Below, one piece after another: positions 1 through 13,435 of a stretch of 64,000 nucleotides of DNA (positions are counted from its first letter, which is position 1; the number at the start of each line of letters is the position of its first letter). The stretch comes from Ascidiella aspersa. Its lineage: Eukaryota. A program made the translations under genes and the position numbers. The stretch is from the NCBI GenBank assembly GCA_963924565.1, contig OZ004613.1, positions 19,902,001 through 19,966,000 of the forward strand, given 5' to 3'. The notes under the pieces were generated by a model. That model did not search any database and was not told where the DNA came from. It saw only the letters and a program-made list of their open reading frames with translations.

Positions 1-252
1 TAAATTCGCATCCCATAATAGCTAAGTGATAAATAAACCATGTTTACCAAATGCAATTTCTCATACAAACGACAGTGTACTGTATATCGTTTGAATCGTA
101 ACTTCCGTAACACAGTATTTCTTTAGCGACCTAGGTTTACTTCCTTTGTGATGTCACAGTGCACTTTTTTACATTGCTCTCACGATATGTTACAAAAGAT
201 CTGTTCAATCATCTTTTTAATATTTGTAATAGTAAACTAAAAGACAGAACCA

Positions 253-3200
253 ATGGCAAACTTAATTTCAAGCCTAATTTTAGGTTTAAAGCGAAGTCGG
301 CGACTAAACTGTTACGGTTTCATTTGCAATATCTTTACTTCGTATGCATTGCTTTCTTGTTTTCATGCTGGAACATTGGGAGGAGGTCTCTTTATCTGGT
401 ATTACTAGGTTTTTAAAATATTTCAATTTGAAAAGTATAAGCTATTGTACAACCTTGAATAGTATTATTTTAGAGGTTATCTGTACAACAAACAGATTTA
501 ATTGCTATAGTTACAGAATTGCCGTTTACTACAAACATGTGGTTGCGTACCCTCAACTTCCCTACCTTAGCTCGATTGGAGTTAAACAACCAGAAAGGGG
601 TTTGTTTACTTTGTTTCTAAACGTCGCTGCTGTAACCGCCATAATGCAGAGATATGTTTTCTACAGGTAAGTGTCAAATTTGTATGCAGGTATTACGTTG
701 CTTTAATATCGCTCTAGGCTCAATACCATGTCAGATGAACTATCTTAGCGTAAGTTAATAGTTAAACAACACATCGTCACAGAGCAACCTTTTCCGCTTT
801 TTTGGTGTAAATTATACAGGGCCGATATACGGTACTATCAATCAAATGTGATATTTAAAACCTGCAAAATATTCACGCAAAGAACGAGAAAATACATATC
901 TACCGACTACGTTGGCACTAACTATACCCTTAATTGTTGAGAGTTGTTTTATAGTATGCGTGGTCCCTTTGGGCTGAGAAGATTCCCGCAAACAACCCAG
1001 ATAGTCAAAAAAACTTTGCGCAAAGCGTGAAAAGATTTTTTCGGTAATAAAGCCTAAATATATGGGACATTGTCTCGTGCTTATATAGTTCAAAGCCGGT
1101 CGGATGATTCAGGTTAACCCACTGAATGACAGGGTCGGGATGTATAGGTTTTCGTAGAGGTAAATTTCATGGTTAACGAGAGACTAAAATCTATACAAAG
1201 GTAGTAGATTCAGGCAATGAAAGGGTATTTGTAATACACTTGTTTAGGTATGTGGTTCTGGCAACCGGCAAATGGTGGGTCAACACTCTTGCGTTATGTG
1301 TTGGTGTCATTCAAGCGTTTGGCATGGTGATGCTTGGAACTTTCTCAGTAAGTATAAATTAGTGTTATAACGACTTAGTCTCTGTTTTTAAATGACTTGA
1401 CTTGAGTCTTTTGGATAAATTAATTTACTTACCTATAGTAAATATATAAAATAACTTGGTTGAACGTAGGTATTTTTACTCTATTTTATTATAATCGGGG
1501 TATTTAACCTTATGTTTGCGCATAAAACAATTTTCTTGCGACATGCTGCTATTTTTAATTGGATTGCTTATACACAGATGACTAGGCTATACCAATTTTA
1601 ATATATTTTATAGTTTTGTTTTATGTCAATGGCTTGACGTGAAGTTGACTTGCTTTCGTAATGAATTGACTGGGACTTTTATTTTTTTAGTGATTAAATT
1701 AGCAATAATAAGATTTGCCAATTTAGCCTACAGCTGCCAACGTACAGCAACTTTAATTTAGTAATTTTGAGGGGAATAATTTCACCTTCAACAAATGCCA
1801 TATTTAGGTTTTCGTTATTTCTGTTCAAGCGCAAAATACGTTTTCTTGTTACAGTGGATTGAAGCTCCGTCGTTTCATCGTTCGGGCTCCAGAGTCGCCA
1901 TGATAGGAATGCTAATCTATTCTATGCTGGTTTGTGTTGTTACCCATCACCAACTAGTTATGAAATCTGTCCAGCAATATTATGTACTTGTCACTAGAAT
2001 GTGCCTTCTTGTGATGCAAGTCTTGTACTTTACGTTATGTATCCTTTCGAAATTAAAGCGCGTGTTATATAGGCTACTATCAGACATATATTTATATATA
2101 AACAAGATAAATCTGTATATTTGAACTTTATATAAATATAAATGTAAGTTGGTAAATATTTTGAAGAGATGAGACGCCTAAACAAAATTCCTATACTGAA
2201 TATAAATACGCAGTTATTTATGAAGCTTTTGTGCAAAAGGTAAGATATTTTACTATATATACATATATATATATTATATTTATATATATATGATATATAT
2301 TTATATATATATTGATAGGGCGAATCCGGGATAGATGTTGAGAGGGGTCATTAAACTTTTCAGAAATACAAAACGTGACATCACAAAACAAGTATACGTT
2401 AACAAAAAGACTTACTGTTATCGAAAAACTTAAACTTGTGCGCAAATGAGAAACTCGAATTTAAAAACACTCAGAAAATTTCAGTATTTTCAGTTTATTT
2501 TGTTAAAATTCGCAAAACTTTCATCTAGAAATATAGACTTGCTGACGCATTGAACATACAAAAGATTCAAAACAGTAAAATAGTTTTGAAAAACGAGTTG
2601 AGAGGGCCATTGAACCACAACAGTGTGGTTGAAACAGAAATCACGGTAAAAGTTCGCGCCATAAATGGAAAACATATACAGTGCGATTATCATTTTTAAG
2701 CTGGAGACGAGGTGTTAGGCCATTGGCCTAAAACTTTCAGGCAGAATAAGCCATAAAGACGGAGTTTTTTTAACGTGGACCCATATTTTGGTTCGCTTGT
2801 AACAGGGTGGGCATTAGATTTTTTTAGAGATAACTTCACAAAACAAGTAGTCTTAGGAACCTGAGCTGCTGTTTTCAGTCGAACTCATCCGCAAATATGT
2901 TACCGAAATCGACGTGAAATTCATCAAGAAGAGGGCAATTAGCGATTTTTTATTATTCTCTTTTCTTGTGAAAAAGTTTTTATATTTTAAATCATACACT
3001 AAGGTTTAGTTTGGGCTTTCAAGGTTCCCCGGCACGTATCTCCAAGGATTCCACGCGCGCCAGTTTAATAATTCCGGCATTAGGCAATACAAACACATGT
3101 TTATGGTATCAATGCAACGAGTGACCACAAAAAAACACTATATTAAGTATAATATATATCGCAAAAGTGCAAAATTTGTTCACATATTTGAATTAAAATA

Positions 3201-3974
3201 GAAAAAACATTCGTTTGGGAATGACCACCCTTGGATTCGCAGCATATCGTAATGAGAACATAGTGACGCACTATTGTCTATAAAGGTGACTAATACAGTA
3301 GATGCATACTGAACAATAAAGTTAACCAAAATATTGATATGTTTATCTCACTTTTAAGATAAAATTTAAAATTTAATTTACTTCCTGCTATACGTTTCAT
3401 CGGAATCAGTTAGGTCAGGGGTTCTTAAACTTTTTTTACCGCGGACCCCTAAAATTTTCTTTTAGCTCGCACGGACCACTGTAGGCAAAAAAAAAATGAC
3501 GTCATAAATTGACGTCACAGTACAAATAAACTTCATACATTTGCTGATTTTGGTCCAAAAATGATAAATTAAAATGGCGCCTAAATACATTCAGTGCAAA
3601 TCAGTTTAGTTTTTAATTGAATTGTTTTTTTTATAAATTGATTACTTCATAAGTATACTAATATTTCAATTAGGCTTTCATGGACCCCCTAAAGCTAGAT
3701 CACGGGCCCCCAAGGGGTCCATGGACCCCAGTTTAAGAACCCCTGAGTTAGACGTTATATTGCGGCATAGGTTGGTGCCACTAACTGATCTAATTGTGCC
3801 TTCCAGGTGTATTACAATCCTGCGTCTGCTTATGAGTGGGTAACCATCTACTTGGGGTTAGGATTCTCACTGTCATTGGCTTTTGATTTGTCAAAAGTGA
3901 AAGAAGTCGATATGAGCCTTCGTATCGGAAACAAACTCCAAAACAACAAGCAGGAGGGGATTGAAAGCTACTGA
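253..3974 (+). CDS. DRAM/TMEM150 (Frag1/DRAM/Sfk1) family multi-pass membrane protein, 6 exons
   Basis: Phase-consistent exons 253-398, 511-666, 1248-1347, 1855-2038, 2214-2239, 3807-3974. Family-like motifs YRIAVYYKHVVAYPQLPYLSSIG..PERGLF, FGMVMLGTFS, H in APSFHRSG and SAYEW, plus several hydrophobic helices. DRAM versus TMEM150 orthology not resolved. Confidence 0.85.
1369..1700. mobile_element. Degenerate copy of the GACTT-repeat MITE family
   Basis: Shares aatgacttgacttgagtc, tgtttgcgcataaaacaatt and gaagttgacttgct blocks with 14813-15304; ends eroded. Confidence 0.6.
2039..2213 (+). other. U12-type (minor spliceosome) GT-AG intron
   Basis: 5' splice site GTATCCTTT at 2039; branch-like TTCCTATAC at 2188-2196, 17 nt before the CAG; no polypyrimidine tract; reading frame is restored. 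Confidence 0.8.
2252..2312. repeat. Imperfect (TA)n microsatellite
   Basis: Run of tatatat with interruptions just after the 26-nt exon. Confidence 0.8.
3416..3745. mobile_element. hAT-type MITE, family A copy 1
   Basis: TIR CAGGGGTTCTTAAAC...GTTTAAGAACCCCTG; imperfect 8-bp TSD AGTTAGGT/AGTTAGAC; close copies at 28346 and 63769, diverged copy at 43290. Confidence 0.9.
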
Positions 3975-4888
3975 CAAGTCGTTATTCATTTACACAAAAT
4001 ATTTTCATTATAGTGTAAAATTTTTATGTACAAGACTTAAGACTTTGTCTAGAAATGATCAGCTCGTATAAAGACTTGTGTTAAACATTTGTATTTGTTT
4101 CGCGTCGTGATTAAACAATATCACTTTTAGTTTAATATTATTAAATTAAAATATATTTATGTCCGCATTGTTATTTGTAACTCACCACTGCAACAAGGCC
4201 AATGCCATATACCTAGGCTTATATATGTTAATAGATTTTAGTAGAGCAAAGTCGATTTGACAAATCGTTCTCCTTCCGACTGTCGTAAATGTAACATCTC
4301 CGTTAGAAGCTAAAATAAAATCTGTAATATAATCGTTTTTGTTATTTGCAGTTTGTTTACTCCACTCGATTCCGAACTAAACTTTAACCAGAACCTATCA
4401 AAAGAGATGCGCAATGCCAGCATACAAATTCCAAGAATATATATTATAGCACAAAAAAGTTCGAGCTTTCCACTAACGGCCGATGTATCACTGAGCTGCC
4501 AATTATTCGTTAAACCTTTTTCAGTCAATTATGTCAAAATCAGAACTAGAGCTAAAATAGGGACGTTTCGGAGACCAATAAGTAATTAAAATTCACTTTG
4601 TATTCTGCATGATTTCCACAGGGGATATGCATTTCAAGATATCATAAACAATTTGTATTCTGATAAAAAATTGATTTGACAATGGACTCGCTGTAACCTT
4701 GCTGCTCAACGTAGCCTTGAAAAAATCCTATGTGATCACAAGAAACATTTGCGACACGTAAAAAACACTTTATTAGACTTTCATTTAATAAAAAAAACAC
4801 CCTACACTAAACAATAAAATACAACAAAGTGGCGCCAATAGCAAAATGATCGAAGTGTAGTGAATGATGGATACGCAAGAACATAAGT

Positions 4889-7800
4889 CTAAAGGCCATG
4901 CAAGAACTCCTGAAATTCTTCGGTGGACGGCTCGACGACGTCATCGTTTCCAACATCAATGCTTTCGTCGCCTTTCAGGTATTCGTTTCGATCGGGCAAA
5001 GAATCCAACGCCGAAATGTCGGTGTTCTCGCCTTCTACTTCGGTACTGTGGTCGTTTTCTGATTCAACCAGCGATCTCGACAGTTCCAAGGCGCCACCAC
5101 TGCGCATCGCCTCGTTAGCGGTCTTTGAGTATTCAAGCATGACGGTAACGGTCTTTCCTTGACGCCGTGCAGCCTTCCTGGCCCGCTTCATGCGCTGTTC
5201 GGGAATGTGCACTTCGCGCATGTGCTCGCGAAATTCGTCCTGGCAGTCGAACTGGAGGTCACACGCCTCGCACTTCGCCCTCTTTCCTTTGCAGTTATCC
5301 TACGGAAAAAAGTCGTGAGGTTGGCGGCGTCAAGCACTACAATAAAATTCAAACGTAAACAACTTTCATTCACACGTCACAAAACCCTTTCAAAGTTAAC
5401 AATTTTAACACCGCTCGGGACACTTAGAAATCTACAAACTTAACGATTGAATTTAAATACAAGGTTTGGTCTAGGTTGTCGCAACTACCAAAACACTTTC
5501 TGAACTTCACTTTCATAATAAATGTGATATCTGTCGAAAACGAATCGTAGTCCGTCAAGACCGGTTTTGATTTCGAACCATATACAAAACTTATTAGAAA
5601 CCTCAAAACGCAACAACTTAACCAACCATGTGTTTGTGAAGCAGTTGGGGTTTAGGGAATTTCTTCTTGCATTTTTTGCAGACAAGGTCGACCGGTGCAA
5701 CACAGGTAGTCAAATGCTGCTCGTATCTTCCAAAACTAAACAAATAAATATGCGGTGATAGACATTCATTTCACTGCATTTACCACCTCAAACAGAATGT
5801 CAGTTATAACGAAGAAAAAAACATGTACATTGTTTGTAACCTTTACACAGCTAATGTTTTTATTTAGTGCGAATAAACAATAAAAGCCAACTCCACCTGA
5901 TATACGATTTGCCGCATTTCTCGCATTCGTGAGTCGGTTTCGTCGTTTTCACTTTCAGGGAATAGATGCCATGCTTATACCTTCTGTGAAAGCTCAATGT
6001 CTTCTTGTAGTTGTATTCTAAACCACAGATGTCGCACACTTCCTTTTTGGCCCTGATATTAACATTACTTCCAATCAGCAAAAACATACTTCTATTCTAT
6101 TTACAGATGTTAACAAAACGCATTATTAACGATTAGAATTGTTTAGCACAAATGCAAACAGCGTAACTGTGATAGTTCATATTGCATTTTTTCTGATTCT
6201 TACATTGGTTGATGGGTCACCATGTGGTTATCAAGGGTGCACTTTTGAGTGAAGCGTTTGTCGCAAAGTTCGCACGCGAAGGGTCGTTCTCCAGTGTGTA
6301 GCCGTTCGTGTACTCTCAGATCCTTCTGGTTCCGATACTTTCCGTCGCAGAATTGACAAGCGTATTGCCTTTCGTTGTGGCTCCTGTAGGCAAAACAAAT
6401 TGTAAAACAAATTATAATAATTAAATTAAGAAAATTTAGATTTTCACCTGTAATGCTTCAACAGTTGAACGCGGGTTTCTGTGACTTTCTTACAGTTTGA
6501 GTGTGGACAAATAAATGGTGGTTCTTGCGGAATGTTTGCAAGCCGTTGCATTCTCAGCGCCTTGACTGCCTTTTTAGATTCGTCATCAGGATTGTAGGAG
6601 TAGTTAGCATCAACTAATATTTCTAAAAATAATATATGTTGATAAACTTTAACACTAAAAAACGATAAACAAATTAAAAAAACAAACTGTAAACTAGTTT
6701 ACCAAACTAACTAATTAAGAAACAGAAACATATAACAAATAATTATTTTTTACACATAAAGAATTTGATTATAAAAACGACTTACCATGTTTTTCTAAAA
6801 GGTGTTTAACTAACGCAACATTGTGCTTATAGGTTATTCCACAAATTTCGCAAATTACAGTTACAGGATTCTTCGTTTTGGGCCTAAAAAATAGCTTATT
6901 TTAATAACAAACAAAATATTCTTTTTTGGCATTTTATGTGGACTAAAAGGCATAAATGGTGACAAACTACTTTACATTTTTCATAACACGCAAAAATAAC
7001 AAGCAAAATAAATAGTGTAAAGTGGGCTTCTAAATAGTTCCAAATTATGGTCTAAACTAAACTAAAGGTATAGCCTTGTTATAAACATCATTAACAAGTA
7101 TGCATTACGTTAAGATTGATTTTTTGTGGTAATATAATTTCGCCTTGGAAGGAAACTTCATATCACAGTGGTCACAATCAAATGTTTCTCCTTCAAAGTG
7201 ACTCATTAAGTGTGACTTTAATTCCTTGCTGCTCAAAAAGCATTTCTGGCAAACATCGCATCCATGCAGTCGTTTCAGATGAAAATCCCTAAACAAATTA
7301 AAGACAAAATTGTACGAGTAAAAGTGAAAATCATTAAGAGGCAAACATTTTAACGATATGTTTGTACATACTTGTAGAGAATCTAATTTTTTTGCATATA
7401 TAATTAATGAAAATTAATAAAAAGGAAACAAAAAATAATTGAATTTGGCCTACTTAAAAAAGTAAAAGTTTCTTAAAATAATTCATACTAATTATATTTT
7501 AATAATCTTGCTTGCTGTTTAAACAGTTTGGGCACATAATTATTGATACCTGTAGTGTTTCCAGGTATTGTTATGATTGTTTCCATTAAAAGAACAACCA
7601 TCCCAAGGACATGAAAATGGCTCCTCATCTGGAATAATTATGCCTGAATGACTCATTTCATGCGCCTTCATCTCATGATAAAAGAAGAACTCTTTGTTGC
7701 ATTCTTTGCAGACGAATTGTTTTTTTTTGCTGTGAACTCTAAATCAAAATAAGAATGGTTTAAAATTTACCAAAAAAATACTTTTCAAATGATATTGTTA

Positions 7801-10800
7801 TAACCTTATGTGGTTTAACAACATCAAATGAGAGCCATACTTTTTGCCAAAAATATACAAACTTATCAATTCACCCTCCCTACCTGTAATGTTTAGTAAG
7901 TTCCTGTCTTGTTTCAGTTTCTACATTGCAAGACTCCTTTGGACAAATAAATGGAGGATCATTGGGAAATTTAGCATATTTTCTTTCAGTATCGTTGTCT
8001 TTGTCTTTCTTCTTTTTTTTAGTTAAAACTGGAGCTTTACGTTTTCGCTTTTCTTTTATTGGTTCATCATGATCACTATCACTTATCTCAGGTTCACTGT
8101 TGTCCATTGCTTCAACTGTGACTTCTTCTTGAATAACTTCAGATGTTTGTTCTACAAGAACTTCAATAGAAGGCTCTTCTATTGGCACATTATCTTGAAC
8201 CACTGGGGGATTAGGAGGCTGCTTTTTCGGCCTACCTCGTTTTCTTGATGGTGTAGTGTTTTGTTTGAGGGTGTTGATACTTTTTTGGGGCGACTCTCGT
8301 TTTGTTACCTCTTGGGATGTTCTTTCAAGAAGGGTATCTAGAGATTCTTCACTGATTTCATGATTGTGTGTAATGCCTTCCATGGGAGTTCCAGCAGCCT
8401 TCACAGGACTTTTTTCAACTGATGATAAGAGTACACAATTGTTGAAATCACCAATAGGTATTCATATGCATTTAAAACAATAATTTTAGTTTTTATTTTG
8501 ATAAAAAAATTGAAAGAATTTGAGACCCATAACAGATATATGCATATTGTTAGAAAAAAACAAAATTTATAAGCCAATTTAATAGGAATTGTTTGCCAGG
8601 GTAATGAACGAGTCACACAGTGCATATGGGCTGAATAGATTTGCTTTTTAACACAGAGACAGAAACATAGGAAAACTTTGTTAAAGTTTTGTGCAAAGCA
8701 TAACATTTTTTGCATTAGATTTAGAGCAGACGAAACATATAGTTTGGGGGTAGCAACATGGACCGGTACCCCTCAGATCCCCCCTTCCAATAACACTTGA
8801 GTTTTTCGGACCCCCCCCCTTTTCGTAGGTGATAATATCGTTTTTTGTTCGTTTTTTTCAGTGTTTAAACTCACCGTCCGAAGCTGCGTGTTTTTTTAAT
8901 GTAATTGGGTCACACGTCTTAAGCTAATGCGAACCAAAATCAAATGCAAAACGCGTTTTTTCGTTTCTTGTTTGGTCGACCAGGTTGGCTGATTAGCAAG
9001 TGTGTGTTTGACAATTAAGAACAATAAATCAAGCGGTCTCCGCCTTTTTCTCGCTTATGACGTTGAGTTAGGCGGTGCTGATGTTTCTCGCTGTTTGCTG
9101 TCCGCGTTAATATCACGTGTTGGTGTAAGACAGGGGTTGGCAACCTACGGCAGCTGGCCGGTGTATTTTATCGGGCCCGCTGCCTCTTAACTATACACGG
9201 GTCCATTTCATATACTTTTCGACTATTTTAACTACGTGAGTGCGAAAAATTTTCCCGCTTCGCGTGAATGATTTTTCTACAGCCGTTTTTTTTATATTTA
9301 ATGCTGCCTTTTGAACTAGCTCAGCGCTTCTTTATCATTGTGCCGTAGAAGGCTGCCAAGTGCGTCGCGGACAAACGAAAAACGTATTCAAAAATATTAG
9401 ACATATATTTTTATTTTTTTATCTTTTAGTTTCGGCAATGTACTAAAACTTGCAGTTAATTTAAAAGAAATGCCGTTATACCAAATAAAATCGTGCTCGC
9501 TTCGCTCGACAGGTGTGCCCTCTCTTCAAAAGGTTAAAAACACTGATTTTGATTAACTATTGAAGTGGCGTTTTTATGTTGTGCTAGTCGAATAACACCC
9601 GGGAAAACGATCTTCGTTTAGTATTGCAGGTGGCGAAAGACGTGCTTGTAATTAAGCGTAGTCCCGTACGCGGATCCACCAAAATCAATCACATATATTT
9701 CACGGTCTTGTTTTCGATTTACTCCTGAAGTTAACGATTGTACACTAAGCCGTTTCGCAGCTGGCACCTGACAGGAGTGTCGACGCACGTGTTCGCTTTG
9801 CGCCTAAAGGTTCTCTTTTACTGAAAGTTAATCGGTTGTTTCTGGTGACTTTTTTATTATTTATGACGTTATTACAATCGCTATTTTATGAGGTCATATT
9901 CGTCACTATTTTATGACGTCATTAACGTCAGACGGAAAAACGGGAATTCCCCAAGTTGAAAATTCGGGACCTCCCCCTTTTTAAATTTCTGGATACGCCC
10001 CTGCCTGTATGTATATATATATATGCTTTGAACTGTTTTTTTTTGAACTAAACAATGTGCTTTGCATTTATCTAACTTTTTTTTAGATTGGCACAACATA
10101 AAATTATTTGGCCACATAGTCACAAAGTCCCTATCATTCTACCATACTGGCGTAAGCATATTTTGCTTGTGATTCCAAGTTTGACGCAGCATTGTATTAA
10201 CTGGGTAAATATCCCATTAAACCTGGGCACAGCTGTGTTTTGTCTAGTTAAACTATAGGGATATAAGGGCCAACATCATTCACAAACATTGATCGCGATA
10301 TGCTTTCTATCCCAGTGGCAGTATTTCACCTACCCAGATTTTACACAAATTTTTGGGCACTCTTAAAATGTTTGGTACATGAAAAAACACAAAGAAAACA
10401 TAAGAGGGAGTATTTTCCAGCCAGTACGCAACCTCCTAATAGATTTACCTTCTAGTTCCGGATCCTTTCCAAACATGAAAAATGTGTCACACACTTTCAT
10501 AAATTCTTTTTGATCATCAACTGATTTTGGAGTCAAACCTGTGTAGATGTAATCTATCCAAATTGAGAGTCCTAAAAAACATGCGAATTAAAGCTACTTT
10601 GCCAGCAATTTTGGTGTTAAAATAGCTAATAATGGAGCCGAGGTAGTCCTACCTTTTGCTGAAACTTCACTGCAAACGACATACGGAAATTCTGTTTGCG
10701 TTTCATCAATAAATGTTTCAAGAATAGGACAAGCAGCAAGAATAACACACTTGTGTGCAAAAAATTTTTCACCTAAGAAATATGAATAAAGTATCAGTAG

Positions 10801-11650
10801 CCCAAGTATTAGAGTTTTCCAACCACTGAATTTTATTTACTATAACAAAGTTATGTATCAAGCAAGTTAATTGTATCTCTTAGTCATTTCAAATACAAGG
10901 TAAGTCTGTGAAAATGGTTATTGTACTGGTTTGACAATATATATGAAAGATATTGATTCCAAATTATTTGTTGTGATTAGGGCTTCTCTCCGGGAATGTT
11001 TCAATGGGAAATTCGCGGGATTTCCCACGAATTAACGATCCCGAATCCCGGGAAATCTTTTTTATAATCCCGGTTATTCGGCAACATAGCAAAACTTAAA
11101 AAAAAATGTCATTTTTGACTAATATAAAGAAAAAATGTGACCAAACCTATTAAAGTCGTTGCTTGAGTTGCTTTTTTTTGTGCTTACCAGTGGAAAAACA
11201 TAATTAAATTTATTCCACCAATAAAAATGCGCCTAGTATGCGCGTGTTTTCTAAAAAAACAAATAAGGGTGATGACTTTAATACGAGAACGCCTTGTAAG
11301 ATTGCAGAAGCAATACTACAGAACATAAATGATCCTAATTAAACGTTTGGAGCTAATATAAAGTAATTTTAATCATCATAATGACGTAATTAGGGCACGA
11401 AAATTTTGTCAGGATTACTGGGAAGTTTCATTTGTTAATCCCGTTTCCCGGGAGTGAAAAAATCCGGGAAAAAGAGGAACCCCAGTTGTGATATTAATTC
11501 CGTACAAATCATATAAATAGCCAACATACCTCCAGCCCCCAATGCCATGTCACAAAGCTTATCATTGCTTTTTAATCTGTGTAGATTTTGCATTACATTT
11601 CTGCAATGAGTATCTGCTGAGGGTAAATCCACTAAGATTTTTGATGACAT
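4889..11650 (-). CDS. BTB/POZ + AT-hook + multi zinc-finger protein (ZBTB-like), 12 coding exons
   Basis: Phase-consistent exons 11650-11530, 10772-10653, 10571-10449, 8418-7884, 7738-7550, 7288-7109, 6883-6786, 6622-6448, 6383-6204, 6052-5897, 5735-5627, 5299-4889. BTB motifs LCDM..FFAHKCVILAAC and IDYIYTG; AT-hook RKRGRPKK; about 13 fingers including an HTGERPF linker; acidic tail. Confidence 0.88.
9130..9545. mobile_element. Degenerate hAT-like MITE
   Basis: Starts CAGGGGTTGGCAACC and ends AAAAGGTTAAAAACACTG; no clear TSD. Confidence 0.45.
10978..11484. mobile_element. hAT-type MITE, family C copy 1
   Basis: TIR TAGGGCTTCTCT...AGAGGAACCCCA; perfect 8-bp TSD GTTGTGAT; inverted homolog at 14114-14620. 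Confidence 0.88.
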
Positions 11651-11863
11651 GTTGAGACTGCAGATAAATTGATTGTATCGAATAAGGCTTAACTGTGCCT
11701 ACAAAATAAAGTTTGGAAAAACATTATTTTTGGATAAGCTTGTTATAAAAAATATATCATATTATCAAAAAAATTACAAAGCATTACTTATATACCAATA
11801 CATATATAAAGTAAGAAAGAACCCTTACCAAACTCATCAACCAAAAAAAAACTTTCTTTTTTG

Positions 11864-12368
11864 GCACTACATCGATTTGGTACATAGAAAGTAACCCAAA
11901 ACAAGATCTACAAATACCGCAACGGACATCATTTGGGTTACCGTTTGCTGGATGGGTATAAGTCAAGCATTAAAATAGATATTATAATACTTTATCCGGC
12001 GCTCTTTCACTATTGTACATGAAAAGTTATGCAAAAAAAAAAAATAATAATAATACCGCATACCACAACGCATATTGTTCGGGTTAGCGTTTGGGTGGGT
12101 CAAGTAATATTATGTTTATTATTAATGATAACTTGACCCAACCTCAACCAAACTCTAACCGGCACCCTAACCCAAACAATATGTGTTGTGGTATGCGGCA
12201 TTTGAAGAAAATTTTTTTTTATCAATTTTTACGTACAATAGTGAAAGAGCGCCCTTTATCCACCCACCCCCAAACATTAACGGACACCCTAATCCAAATA
12301 AAGTGCGTTGCGGTATTTGTAGACCGTTTTTTTACGTTACTTTGTGTACTGAATATAGAAAGAGCCCC
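11864..12368. mobile_element. Older foldback MITE (family D relative) interrupted by a younger copy
   Basis: Inverted arms tctacaaataccgcaacg / cgttgcggtatttgtaga flank the 11998-12253 insertion. Confidence 0.65.
11998..12253. mobile_element. Foldback MITE family D (GG-start TIR, 8-bp TSD, Merlin-like)
   Basis: Near fully palindromic, GGCGCTCTTTCACTATTGTAC...GTACAATAGTGAAAGAGCGCC; TSD CTTTATCC. Superfamily assignment is inference. Confidence 0.88.
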
Positions 12369-12415
12369 CCTTTTAAGTTAAGAACCACTGTTATAGATAT
12401 AGAAGTGCAGGTTTA

Positions 12416-12618
12416 GGCGCTGGTCTAGAATCCTACCACAGTTCTAAAATCAACGCACAAAATTTGAGTTAGGGTGCGGGTTAGCGTTTGGGTGTGGGTG
12501 GGTCAAGTATTATTATATTCTTTGTTTAATAATAATACTTGACCCACCTTAACCCAAACGCTAACCCGCACCCTAACCCAAATGGTGTTTCGTTGTGGTA
12601 GGATTCTAGACCAGCGCC
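12416..12618. mobile_element. Foldback MITE family D, second subfamily
   Basis: TIR GGCGCTGGTCTAGAATCCTACCACA; perfect TSD CAGGTTTA; same internal gggttagcgtttggg / acttgacccacc core. Confidence 0.9.
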
Positions 12619-12940
12619 CAGGTTTATTAGTCCATCAAACCGAAAACAAGTTTTAGTCAATTGAGGAAGATAGATGTGTTTGTAACTATTGTAGGTGCTA
12701 TATATAGCTATTTTCTATGACTCCAGCAAATTTTTTATTCGTTAACCTCTCGGTTGTTAATTTTAGTTCTTTTTTACCCGAACTATACACATTGACTTCA
12801 AGTAGTGCAGGAGTATTGTCACGTGATGTCATACATGGACTGCTCAGCTCACCCTTTTTGACTACAAAACAACCAAGCTCTTGAGCCCAGTTAAGAAAAA
12901 AAAAAAAAGCTCAAATAAAAATATAGTTATCTTCGAAACA

Positions 12941-13086
12941 GTTTACTCATCGATTAAGTACTTCGAGAGCGAAACTACTAAAATCTTGTTCTAGTTTTTT
13001 GGCTGCAAAAAGGTCGATTTGAATGGCCGCACGAACAGAACGTCTAACTGTTTAGCTGATATATTCTAAAGTAGAAATTAGTAAGT
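12941..13086. promoter_or_regulatory. Probable bidirectional promoter and first non-coding exons of the ZBTB-like gene and KTI12
   Basis: Repeat-free CpG-containing segment bounded by divergent donors (minus GTAAAC at 12946, plus GTAAGT at 13081); both genes have an acceptor just upstream of their ATG. Trans-splicing is an alternative explanation for those acceptors. Confidence 0.5.
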
Positions 13087-13435
13087 GCAAAAACTAATAT
13101 AATAGGTCATTTATGTGTATAACTTTTTAGATTTACGCAACTCGAAAACACTCCTAATAATCTTGACAGTTTGCGTTTCAATAACTTTATAGTTCCCGCT
13201 TTTAATTTGCCATGAATGACTTAACAACAAGGATACGGTTGATTGACTTCGAACTACACATTTTTGTCCAACACAATGGAAACTTAGTCCCAAACTAAAC
13301 CAAACTTATGTCTCGGTAAACAAAACTGTACAGGTAGAACATAACAATTACCCTAACTACAGGCAAGTTTAAATTGACAAAACTTGCAATTAAGTTCTGT
13401 CAAATTGTCGTTTTACTTGATCAATTAGCATCTTG

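Noticed and set aside
4864-5443. Several overlapping plus-strand ORFs
   Set aside because: Antisense shadows of the GC-rich last exon of the zinc-finger gene.
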